This document shows positions 20,564-31,807 of a DNA stretch of 64,000 nt, piece after piece. Both the position numbers and the translations under genes were made by a program. Below the pieces are notes generated by a model that was not told where the DNA came from, made no database searches, and was given only the letters and a program-made list of their open reading frames with translations. The stretch is from Fistulifera solaris (lineage: Eukaryota): assembly GCA_030295235.1 (NCBI GenBank), contig AP026164.1, forward strand, positions 744,001 through 808,000, read 5' to 3'. The number at the start of each line of letters is the position of its first letter. Positions within the stretch are counted from its first letter, which is position 1.

Positions 20564-23292
20564 ATGACATTTTCAATTAACAAAAAAGCAATAATGATGC
20601 ATGCAGTCTTTTCATCGCGCTGGTGATTGCAGATGGTTCTAATGTTCCGATACACAAAGTCTTTATTCACAAATCACAAAACAAATTCAGGTTTCTTTTG
20701 ACATCCCTGAGATTGCTGCAGCAACAGGAACCATGGACTAACCCGGACGAAATAGATGTCACGCCGGCGCCTTTTGCTAGGAACAATCCAACAAGACAGC
20801 CAGTAATGCAACCAATAATACCGCCGTCAAGCAATCCTCCCACGTCAAAGCCTTTTCCTGTTCCCACACCCATCAACATATATACACCACAGCCAACAAT
20901 GCCTCCTTCCAGTGCCCCGTCTGTAAAATTCACCGACTTTCCGTCGCAAAGACCTACTTTACGTCCTTCCCAAAGCCCCGTGACAGTGCCGTCGGAAGCG
21001 CCGACTTCCTTCCCTTCAAACGTCCCATCCCAAGAACCATTGAGCACCCAGCCTAGTAACCATCCTACAGATCGTGTGACAGACGGATCCGAGTCGGAAG
21101 AAGGAGAGAATCCTAGTTTGACGACCGTCGCGTTGCCAATGAAGTTCAAAGCTCGTCTCGAGGGCGTACGAGAAAGTGATATCGACGAGTTACTACCACG
21201 TGTTGCTACCGTCTGGAGAACATTTATCCGAGAAGCCGTGGAAGACGAATTCGGTCCATCCTCCTTTGCCTCACTGGAGTTGACAGTCACGGCCGAACGC
21301 CGAAGGTTGCGTTTACTGCAAACGGACCGTGTCTTCGACTTTTTGGATATCGCGGCGCGTGGTCAACTTATCATGCGATTTGATGACGAAGAAGCCGACA
21401 CCAAACGACAGGAGGTTCGGTCCTTTTGGACGAAACAATATCAAGAGAAAATCTACAAAATGCTTTGACAAGTTCCGATACCAATTTCGAAGTGACGGTC
21501 GATGGTGAAAATGAGAATCAGCCGGTCGTTGACGACAAACCGAAATTATGGGAAATCATTCTCGGATTCACTATTTTGACTATCGCGCTTGGTACACTTG
21601 TATTCTGGGCCATGTTTTTCTGGAGGAAGCGGCAGAAAAAATTAAGAAAGAAGAAATTGGCCGCACTTCGCAGCGCTCCTATGAGTGTCAACGGCATGGG
21701 ATCATCCGATGTGCAATCTCCTATGCCCCAGGCCAAATATCAAACATTTGCCCCTACAACGACACGGCCTCTCGCCGAAGGTCCGCGTCAGAATATTCTT
21801 GCGCGCAGTGACCCCAACTTGAACAGCTTTATTGGACGGGCACTTACCGACAAAGAGAGCAACGATGACACGGCAAACAGAGGATTAGGGAGCGATGAAT
21901 CGGATACAGGGTCTGAGTTCGGACGCCAGCTTCGCATGGCGGCGTCGTTGGACAAAGCTTCATGGGAAGAATTTCAGAGACAAAAGCAGACATCGCGCAC
22001 CGGGATATCGTCGGGCGGTGAGTATGACGGCACGTCTGATCGATATCCAATTGGAGGAGAAGGTGAACACCAAGGAATTGAAGTGGAACATAGTGGGATA
22101 CATCCAACTGTTTCCTATGCTGGAGATGAGAAGAGAATGCAATCGTCACGAAGCAAAAATTCCAGCAGCAAGGCAGACAGGTATGGAACGCAAGACCACG
22201 GTGACTCGGAGCCCTACGGTGACGCGAAGGATATTGCATCGGCTACATCTCCAGATAAAAATCCATTCTCAAGGCAAAGTCTGAATAATCCTGATTCCTC
22301 GGATGACCAGTCGGATACTTCGTTTCGGGTATCGCCAACTGATTCGTCTTGGAGTGGCGGAGATTTGACTGATATGGACGAACCTCTTGCCACTTTGTCC
22401 ATGCTAAAGGAAGTTGAAGAACTGTCTCAATATGTTCAGCAATATGAGCAAAAACGAGAATCACGAAAGATGCGCGAGCTTGAATTGAAACAACGCGAGT
22501 TTCATAACAAGCAACGACTGCAGTTGTCCATATCCGCAAGCTTACAAGACAGAGAAGAGCGACAACTTCATGAAAGAGGAACACGTAGTATATATTCTGA
22601 ACGAATCCTTGATGCGCCTATTGTACGACGATCCCAGTCAAGTCCTTCAAATTATGGTGGTCTTAACTACCAAGCTGGAACGGACTATCCAGGAGACCGC
22701 CCGCGAGAAGCTTACGCGATCCCTCAGCGGTCAGTTCTCCCGTCCAGTTTTGAAAGTTTTCACAGTACAGAGCTATCTGATGGGGAAGATGATGTATCAC
22801 AGCGTCTGGGGATCACACCTCAACACCCTCTCGTGTCCGATAACAACAGCAATAGAAAAAGTAGCCGTGACGCCAAAACGCAGAGGCCCCTAGAAGATGA
22901 AAAACTGAGCCAAGGCGCACTGAGTGACAATATGGAAGGACAACCAAAGCAGAGCGGATCCCATGCTTCAATTTATCATGCATCAAACGGAACAATTTCC
23001 CAAGAGCCGAAACCATGCGCTCGAAGCCTTCATACTCAAAGTCAACGTGAAGACCTTCATATCCACGAGTATCATCAAAATGTAGCCAAGCGACTAGAGC
23101 GGTCCGTAACGTCGCCTTCACGAACAGCACAAGGGAAAATTAGTAATATCGTAACAATGTTTGAAAGCAAACCGCACACTGCAGTTGTGCCCCCAAGTCC
23201 GTCGGTAAGTAGCCTGTGACGCGAGAGTCATGAATTTTATCCTAGGCTTATTAATGTTCCTTGTCTTTGTTTAGTGGCAATACGAAAACTGA
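20564..23292 (+). CDS. Type I membrane protein: signal peptide, Pro/Ser/Thr-rich (PSxxPT) stalk, single TM, long disordered cytosolic tail
   Basis: Signal peptide restored across a frameshift near 20610 (..FIALVIADG). PSxxPT/PTxxPS repeats. TM LWEIILGFTILTIALGTLVFWAMFFW followed by RKRQKKLRKKK. Frameshift near 21425. Terminal intron 23205..23274 gives ..PPSPS-WQYEN*. Confidence 0.7.
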
Positions 23293-24201
23293 TTGCGATA
23301 GTTGTGAAACTATTATCTGAAGTTGAACTTCATGGTCAGCTTCAGATTTTGAAGAAATGCGCTTGGCTACGATTGACTTTTATAAAAGTTGTGCAATTTT
23401 CCTCATCTCCGACATGAAGTTGCGACCCAAGTATAAGGATAGTCTAAACGCTATGTGGCTGGTCTTTCCGTTAATGTTACTGGACATTTGAAATGCATTA
23501 TGTTTTAAATAAATACATTGCTTTAATAGCTAACTCTCATGCAAGCTTGTCTAAATTGTCTGATGCAGCCGTGAACCCATGGGTAGCAAAGTGTGCACTA
23601 GCCAAGCCCAATTTCTGCCCTTTCTTTATCTTCAGTTGCCGTTCTTAGATTCAAAAATACCTTCGGTAATATAAGCAATGCACGGCTTGATTCTTTACGT
23701 CGAAAAGCTTTCCAGATCGTTATGTTCCTCATGTACAATGTACAATGGTCCCTAACCCGTTCCCACGACAGAATTTCAGTCATGAAGAAATAATTTTTCG
23801 AGCCAGACGCCAGACTGCTACTCCATTTTTGTTTGCTCTGCAAGTTTGATGAAACTTTAGGTGTCAATGCTACAATGTTTTTACCTTTTTATGTTATTTG
23901 ATATGCATGGCTCGATTCCTGAAGTCGAATATCCTTGCGCATGGTGTCTTCTACATTCATTATAAGCCCAATGTGTAGGCGACATTTCCTCACGGCTAAA
24001 GCTCCTGTCACGGCTGTCAGAATCAAGACTGAAGTGCAGTCATGAGACAGGATTTTTTCTCTCGCTTCTCGCATCAAAATCACGGCGATCGCCACAAAAG
24101 CTACAGGGAGCATAACACTCACCAATAAACACCACTCCAGAAGCCCCAAAGCAAGCCCACGTAAACTTTTGTACGTCAGCTGAGCAACGCGACTTACAGC
24201 T

Positions 24202-25284
24202 ATGGAAGGGAATCCAACCGAACAGAAGAAGACGACCGAGTTTCTCACACCAATGACGACCTCTGTTGCAACGTATCCGAGCACATCCGGATCGAGACTG
24301 ACGGGTCCTGCTATTGAATTTCATGAAGAAAGCTTTCAGCTTGGTAACCGCGTAGTAACGATCGGCAAGGGCGAGGCGATGAATCCGGCATGGAGGGCCA
24401 CAATGGAAGACGTTTCTGTCATTCACGCACCAGGCACCTGGGGGCGCCTGATCCAGACTTGGCTTTTTTCGGTCTTTACGACGGACACGGAGGTACGTTT
24501 TATTGACATTACGTTCTCTTTTGATTGTACCCATGTTGTCTTACGCTTTTCACAGGCCGCGAAATCGTGAACTTTCTGGAACACGGCCTTTCGTTTCATG
24601 TTGCTCAAGAATTGGCATTTGAAGATGATAGCGACATTATGACCCGTCTTCAACGAGCCTTCCTTATGACTGATATACATGCGAGACATGCCGGAGTCTT
24701 GACGTCAGGAGCTACCGTTGCTGCCTGCCTGCTAAAGGTACGTCGCAATGTCAGTTTGACAACTTTAATACATCTAATTTAACTGTACACAGTGTCAGAA
24801 TCAAACTCCGAATCGAGTTGAAATCGTGGCTGCCAATGCTGGAGATTCTCGGGTTATTCTTTTTCATCAAGGGGAAGTCACGAGACTGACGGAGGATCAT
24901 CGTGCTTCGGATCTTTCTGAAGTAGCACGCATTGAACAAGCGGGGGGATTTTTGTTCCGTGAAAGAGTGCTTGGCATTTTATCGCTCACTCGCAGTATCG
25001 GGGATCACTTGCTCAAACGGTTCGTAATCGGACACCCGAGTGTCATGTCGGCAACGCTAGACCTCTCTTCAAATAAAGAAAACGAAAGAACCTTGCTTAT
25101 ATTAGCTTGCGATGGTGTTTTTGACGTCTTGAGCGATGAGCAAGCCGTGGCTGTCGTGCGAGAAAATGCCTCCAAAGGAGCCGGAGCTGCTCGTTGTCTC
25201 GTCGAAGAGGCTCTGAAGAAAGGTTCGACCGATAATGTGAGCGCTATTGTGATATGGCTTGATAATAACGACGAGAAACGATAG
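24202..25284 (+). CDS. Protein phosphatase 2C (PPM family)
   Basis: RATMED, GLYDGHGG (restored by +1 G at about 24440), SGAT, ANAGDSR, LTEDH, TRSIGD, ILACDGVFD, GSTDNVS. Introns 24493..24555 and 24738..24792. Start uncertain. Confidence 0.9.
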
Positions 25285-25813
25285 TAAGCACAACAAAAAC
25301 TATTCTAAATAAGTCGCCATTGACCCCTAGCTACAATAACGTTTACGGTACGACACACAAGTCATATGCCACTTTGGACATTCGCTCTGTACAAAGTATT
25401 GATGTCAACTGTTTTTCATTGATACATTCGAGATAGTGAAAAATATGTTTCCGGTATCACTTTCTTCTCTAATGAGATAGACTGGATAAATTCTTATCCT
25501 CCGACCCAAGACCAATGTTGTACAAAAAGAGCCACTGCGAAATGAAGTGACCCATCGCCCACACATAGGTTCATTGCTCATTGCCGTCGAGATAAAAAGC
25601 AACATCATTTGGTGTTTTGTAATCGCAATTGAGAGCTTCTTTTTCATTTAACAGGTCAATGGATTGAAGAATAGTTTTCTGCTTTTGTTTAGTCACATCG
25701 TACTCGAGAACCGTTAACATAGAGCTCCCGACAGAATCATCTTTTGCCTGCGAAATAGCCCAATAAATCCAAACCGTTGAAGTGACTTCATTATTTTACC
25801 AACATTAAGCAAC

Positions 25814-26731
25814 ATGGCGTACTTTTCGGGTGACGAATCCGTCCGTTACGGTGATACAGATGATGATGAGGAAGCTGCAACCCTTGATATAGAGCAAACG
25901 AAAAGGGAATTGCGGCGAATGTCACTAGATCTGAATGCAATAGGTGCCAGGAGATACGGCGTAAATGATGTGGAAATCTCTCCTCGAGACGGAAAACCAA
26001 AATCTATACTGAAAAACACAAGAGGTCTGATAGAATCGGATGACGATACCATCATCGAAGAAGAAGTGGATGATCTTGATGTGACCGAGATCGAAGAAGA
26101 GGATGAAGAAATAGTGGAAGAAGTCATAGAAGAGGTTGTTGACGCTTCGGAAGTGATCGAAGAGATTGCAGATGATTATGAAGATGACGAGTTACAACCA
26201 GACACAATTATAGAAGGGGACGAGGACGAAGAAATTGAAGAGGAAGAAGAAGACGAGGCAACAGAGGAAGAGGTTCGCGAGGCCATTATTTACATTTTAA
26301 AACAAGAAAAACCAATTGACAACGGCTACCTGACATCCGACCAAGCCACCCGAATGATGGCTCTTCCTTTCAAAGATATGAAAGAAATCATGAAACATTT
26401 TGAATTATGTGACAATGCGGGGGAACCTATTCAATGGAGTGTGATTGCTGATATTGTAACTCCTGAAGACAACGGTGACGAAGAGGAAGATCTTGACGAC
26501 GAGGAGGATTGCAACGAATTTTGTCCAGTTCACGGTTACTCCTATTGTACAGAGTGTGAAGTTGGTTTAGAACCATCAACTAGCTCAGACGACGAGTCAG
26601 AAGGGGACGAGGTTGGAAGCCTCGGCTCTGGATTCGACTTACAAGTACCTGCTAAAGACAAAGTGGACGAGGGCCACATCTCCGATATTTCGAAGCTGGA
26701 TCTTACCGATTTCGACGAGGTATCCGATTGA
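25814..26731 (+). CDS. Highly acidic (Asp/Glu-rich) hypothetical protein with Cys/His cluster
   Basis: Intact 305-aa ORF with long E/D tracts and a CNEFCPVHGYSYCTEC motif. Confidence 0.7.
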   Translation: MAYFSGDESVRYGDTDDDEEAATLDIEQTKRELRRMSLDLNAIGARRYGVNDVEISPRDGKPKSILKNTRGLIESDDDTIIEEEVDDLDVTEIEEEDEEIVEEVIEEVVDASEVIEEIADDYEDDELQPDTIIEGDEDEEIEEEEEDEATEEEVREAIIYILKQEKPIDNGYLTSDQATRMMALPFKDMKEIMKHFELCDNAGEPIQWSVIADIVTPEDNGDEEEDLDDEEDCNEFCPVHGYSYCTECEVGLEPSTSSDDESEGDEVGSLGSGFDLQVPAKDKVDEGHISDISKLDLTDFDEVSD

Positions 26732-27117
26732 AAACCTGATTTTCAAGATTCTTCGAACAAAACTAAGTTATCGCATTTAACACGACATCGACTTATTGAC
26801 ACGGGAGGCCTTATTCTACCATCTAGTCATACAATGTGTGTATAGACAAGGCTACAAAAAGAGGATCACATTTGAGTTGGTATGTATTCGTTGAATGAGA
26901 ACAGTCCAACACGCCTGCAATCGGCTTTTCTGCTTTCGTAGAGCGTCTTCGTACACTTAAGACGCTCCTCAATGTGATAGCCCCATCATGAAGCTGTGGA
27001 ATGGTTTGCAGTAACGCCTTTTCTTTGCCCTTTGCATTCATCATGAATGACAAACCGAGAGGGTCTTCCACCAAGAAAGTAGCGATTGTTCGCCGTGCGC
27101 GGTGTTTTAACAGTAAC

Positions 27118-28715
27118 TCATCTATGAAAGAATTTACAGAAAACCCTTGAATGATTTTTCTCTTTATGATCCTTTCGTGGCAGATCGACTGATGACTGAA
27201 GACAGCTCTCACCTGACTTTCGGAGTATGTTGTTTCCACCGTTGTCAGTATGTTCAAGTTGATGAAGACAAGAGCTTATTTGCATACAAAGATTAAGGTC
27301 GCTATTACTTGAAACCAAATCATCTTTCTGTCGTTGTTCGAATTTGGTACTGGCTGTACTGCCCATAATCGACATGTCTACAAGATTCATTAGTAAGAAG
27401 CAACGGAAGGAAATAAGGATGCTTTTGCTTAGGAGGTCGTACCTTCCTGATTCGATTTAAAGCTAGTTGCCGAGTCGAACGGTAACACAGACTTTACAAA
27501 GCTCCCATTACTGTTGGGCCTTGACAACGAAAATGGCGGCGCGTCTATGTCACAAGCAGTGGACACGGACGTGGGCACAGTATCATTGCTTGGTTTCTCT
27601 ATCCCCTGTTTCGGCGAAACTGTCGCCTCCGCTCTAATTTCTCCGCACTTTGTGATACGAAGTAGTTCGATTGGTCGCTGCGTTTTACTATTCGTTTCCA
27701 AACGAGAAAGTGTTTCCACAACATCCATTCCGTGGGTAACACGCCCGAATACGACATGCTTTCCATTTAGATGTGGAAGGGGTCGCAAAGTTATGAAAAA
27801 CTGAGACGAGTTTCGATTGGGACCATTGTTCGCCATGCTGAGTAGTCCTGGCGCATCATGCCGTAAAAAAGGAGTCTCATCTTCAAAATTTCCCCACATA
27901 TCCGTCTTTGGATAGGCCAGGGCAGCTTTGGGATAAATAGACCGCCCACCCGTACCGTCGCCTTTGGTGTAGTCACCCGCCTGAATACAAAAGTTCGGTA
28001 CAATGCGATGAACAACACAGTTTCGATACGAAGCACCAGTTTCGCCCGTGCAGAGCGAACGAAAGTTTTCGGCCGCAAACGGGACCTTGTCCTGAAATAG
28101 CTCAAAGGTGACGCGACCCCCAGTCGAAAACTCCATGAAGCATTGTGGGCCAGTGCCAATGGCAGGTAAATAAGGATCCTTAGCATATTTGGCCTCAAGC
28201 TTCATAAACATCTCATCTTCTTTTCCGCGGTATTTTTGTAGTGTCTCATCCACAGCGGAAAGCTTGGACGGGTTGTATTTTTCATAAAAAGCAACCAAAC
28301 GATTTCTGAATTGATTGTCTCTCGTCGTGGTTTCTGGGAAAGAGTTTATTTGATTGCCTTGATCTTTACCAGAACTGTTAATTGCTTGGGTAATCCCCGA
28401 AGCGTCTGCTTTCCCTTCTTGAATGGCACAAAGAAGGTCCAGGGCTTTCTGCGCTTTCAGGATTTCGCTCCACTCACTGGCTGGATACTCAACGAGCTTA
28501 CTTTGCTGTGATTCTTTCCACCAATCTCGTTTGGCTTTCAGCCACTCTAGTGAACCCCTGGTGGGGCTTGATTCTGCTGAACGAGGACTTGTTCTCGTAT
28601 CGTGTTCGGACACGGGAGTTTTCCGAGAGGAGTTTACCGACGTCGTGGGAACCCCAGTATTTAATTCCGGTGACGCACGATCGACATGTTTTCCGTTTAA
28701 TTTGTTGTTCATCAT
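27118..28715 (-). CDS. Cyclophilin-type peptidyl-prolyl isomerase with N- and C-terminal extensions
   Basis: AENFRSLCTGE, HRIVPNFCIQAGD, GDGTGGRSIY, LSMANNGPNRNSSQFFIT, HLNGKHVVFG. Putative intron 27378..27442 (GTACGA..CTAAT..TAG) links to ORF 27118..27390. The 3' end may extend to 26823 via a frameshift. Confidence 0.85.
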
Positions 28716-29255
28716 TATTTCGGTTAGCTTCTGTTATGCTTGAAATAATAATAGAGAGAGGCAGTAGCAGCTTAAGGACCGATTTTAGTTTCAACACTCA
28801 AGACGCACCTGCTTTCATTTCAATTCATGCACATTTTTCTCGTCCTCGCTTCCTCCATCCCCATCTCGTGTGAAGCAAGGAGCCAAAAGCCAAACATTCC
28901 ATCTACACTCCATAGTCCAAAGACTAAAGGGTTAGGGATTTATTATTCATTATACAGTGTGGAAGGAGTTCATAAAATTCAAATAAAATAGTCAGTACCG
29001 CTCGGTTGTAAAGAACGTCCTCACTGCCTCTACATAAAAACTATAGAAAGTCACACTTGTGTTTTTGTAAGTATAGTGAAGGTTAATTTCAATATAGCTC
29101 GTTTTGCAAGCCGGACACATTTCATCCGATCAACGGTACTGACTGGGAGTATCAGAAAACACCTCCTCGACAACATTCAAATGACACAAACCTGCATTTC
29201 TGCAACAGGATAAAGTCTCCCGAGTGCTCTAACTTTTACATTCATAAAAGCAAAG

Positions 29256-31785
29256 ATGGGTCAATGTCAAAGCAATTGCAAAAGCACAGTCCCAGAGACC
29301 ATTGTGGTCTTTCCTACGGCAAGTGCCACATCAGCTGGTGCGACTTTTGTGAAGAGTCAGCCTCCACTTCAGATCTGTACATCTTTCCCACCAAATGACG
29401 TCGAAACCAACGACAAAGCTCGCCTTCGAGTTCAAGTACAAAATACACCGTCGACGGTATCTATGAACTCACGATCCACCCCTGCTAGTAGCTATCAGGA
29501 AAATACGCTGACCCCTCTAAATAATGAGGAGTTGAAGGAAGCACTTAATCCTCCCTCGCACATCGAAAAGCAAACAAAGAAAGCGGCGGTCAAGAAGCCA
29601 TGCTATGAATGAAGCATACCCTTCCTATAAATCAGTAACTCAGTCAGCCTCCTTTATCCCGGTTGTGTCGCTCAATGCTTGCAGCAACGCCTTCATCCCC
29701 GAAGAAAAAGATCCGGATGCACCAAGTGACGAGGAGGAAAATCATCGTGATGTTGAGTTACAAAGAAAGCTTGAACAACCGCATATGCGCTACCAGAGAC
29801 ATACATGGATTCATACAGCAAAGTCGGGTGTTTCGCCGCTATCTATTGAACTGCCGTCGCTCCCGCCTATTCCCCCCGACAATAAGGCCGTTCATCCCCA
29901 GGCTCTTTCTCACTTTCAAAAATTAAAAATTGCAGCCGAAGTCGCTACGAAGCAAATCAAGCGTCAGCAAAGAATTAGTGCCGAAGAAGAGCGTGTTCAG
30001 GATATTTATGACCAGCGGCAAAGGTGGACTGAATACGAAGCGATCCGAAGCAGCAATAGCGAGAGAAATTCAGATTTACATTCATCGACCAATCCACAAG
30101 CCTCCCAAAGGAAGCGAAGAGAAAAACAAAATCATTCGTTCGACTTGAGTGACACTGATTCGTGGTTCTTCGATTTTCAAGGCCATGAGTTTGATGTTGA
30201 TGGAAGAGAAGTCGATGTCAATCCCTACTGTGATGACGATTCGACAAGTCAGGCTAGTTTGTCACTACTTAGCCAATCTAGTATGGAAGCTCAGCGACGC
30301 CTTTATGCGGAAAAGGCACGAACGAGAGGGAAGAGTGATTCGCGATCCGTAAGGGTCAGAAGCGGAAGTGTCAGTGGCAAGAGTGTTAGAAGCGCAAACA
30401 GCATTCCTCGCAATGATTACGGTCCGAAAGAGAAATTGGTCTTAAGATCGGCTCCTATCAATCATATTGAAGGTTTGGAATTGGAGTTTACATCAATGAG
30501 AAATGAGGACGATTGCAGCCAAGTTTCAGATATAGCTGACGGTTATTCACTCTCGAATTCAACAAATTTCATTGAAACGCTCAACAACGATTACGGAGTC
30601 GCACGAAGAAAGTACCGTATGGTAGCACAAATGGACGATGTTGACTCTCGTAACTCCGTCAATATGCGTTTTGAGGAGACATTGCGGGCAGTAAAAGCTG
30701 GGAAATTAAAGCCGGATGATCGCATCATTTCAATAAAACCTTCCATATCGTCGAGGTTAGATCTGGTAGAAAAACAACTTGCTGCAATGGAAGAATGTCG
30801 ACCTAAGCTGCACGCTGCAAAGATTTCGAAGAAACAGGAGACGCCTGATAGTAAAAGAAGAAAAGTCTCGTCTCTCATTTCTGTTTTCGAAACGTCAACC
30901 GTTTCTAGTACGAAATCATCTTCTATATCTCATCAAAGACAAATGTATGATCGAACCGATGCCCCGCCGCCCAACCATCGGGCACGAGAGGAACATAGCA
31001 TACCGCACCTCAGAACATCAAATCCAGTAGCACAACCAAATTCATCTACCGCTGCTAGTGTGCCTTACAAGACACAAGCCACCGGTCGTTCAGTTAACGA
31101 CAACATCTTTAAAGACGCCCCCTGTCAGAAAAGTATGCGAAAAAGTGCCGATACTCCATTCGTAAACTCCAATACACGCACTATCTACAAGAACAATCAC
31201 GACGGGTCGTCTGCCGACAATGTCGCTTCCCGGTCACTTGCAATTCAAGATAATGCCGCTCAGAGAATCACGTCAAGCAAAACAGCCGAGAGAGCGAGAC
31301 GTCTCTCAACTTTAGTCGATAGCAGTAGTGATCCAAACCGCTTGTCCCAACCTAGAAAAGACCTTCGCTACGTAAGCAATTTCCTTGAATCTGATTCAAC
31401 AAAATTGAACGAATCAACCGACGACGTGAAACAAAAGTACTTTCGTGAGTCTCGGGTTCCACGTGTTTTGGGACCATCAACAGAGGAGTTTTTGCAGTGT
31501 TCTGAAACATTCCGAGACACATGCAATCCGAGAGAAACTATCCACTATGTTGACTCAAATGATCATATCGATTACCCCTCACTGAGAGAGAACTCTTCGT
31601 TGTACTCTGATAGTAGCACTTCAGACTTTGGAGAGATAATGGCGATGAAGCCCATGACTGCTGAGGACAAGAAGAAGCGGCGCCGGGACCCAGACAATTT
31701 CGCAGACTTGAGTCTTTTGCGGGCCGAAAAAGTCGAGGCCCAAGTGAACGACGTGCTTACGAAATACAGAGAATCGTCAGCATAA
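29256..31785 (+). CDS. Large Ser-rich, low-complexity hypothetical protein with possible N-terminal lipidation motif
   Basis: ORFs 29256..29612 and 29605..31785 overlap by 8 nt, probably a single gene with a frameshift. N-terminus is MGQCQSNC. Confidence 0.6.
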
Positions 31786-31807
31786 CAAATAGAACTACAT
31801 TTTGACT

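Noticed and set aside
20667..21290. Gly-rich 207-aa minus-strand ORF
   Set aside because: Antisense shadow of the Pro/Ser/Thr-rich stalk on the plus strand.
23889..24534. Hydrophobic minus-strand ORFs overlapping the PP2C 5' end
   Set aside because: No recognisable motif, non-ATG start for the hydrophobic ORF, and largely antisense shadows of the PP2C gene.
28925..28940. Telomere-like GGGTTAGGG
   Set aside because: Only about 1.5 units, as expected by chance.
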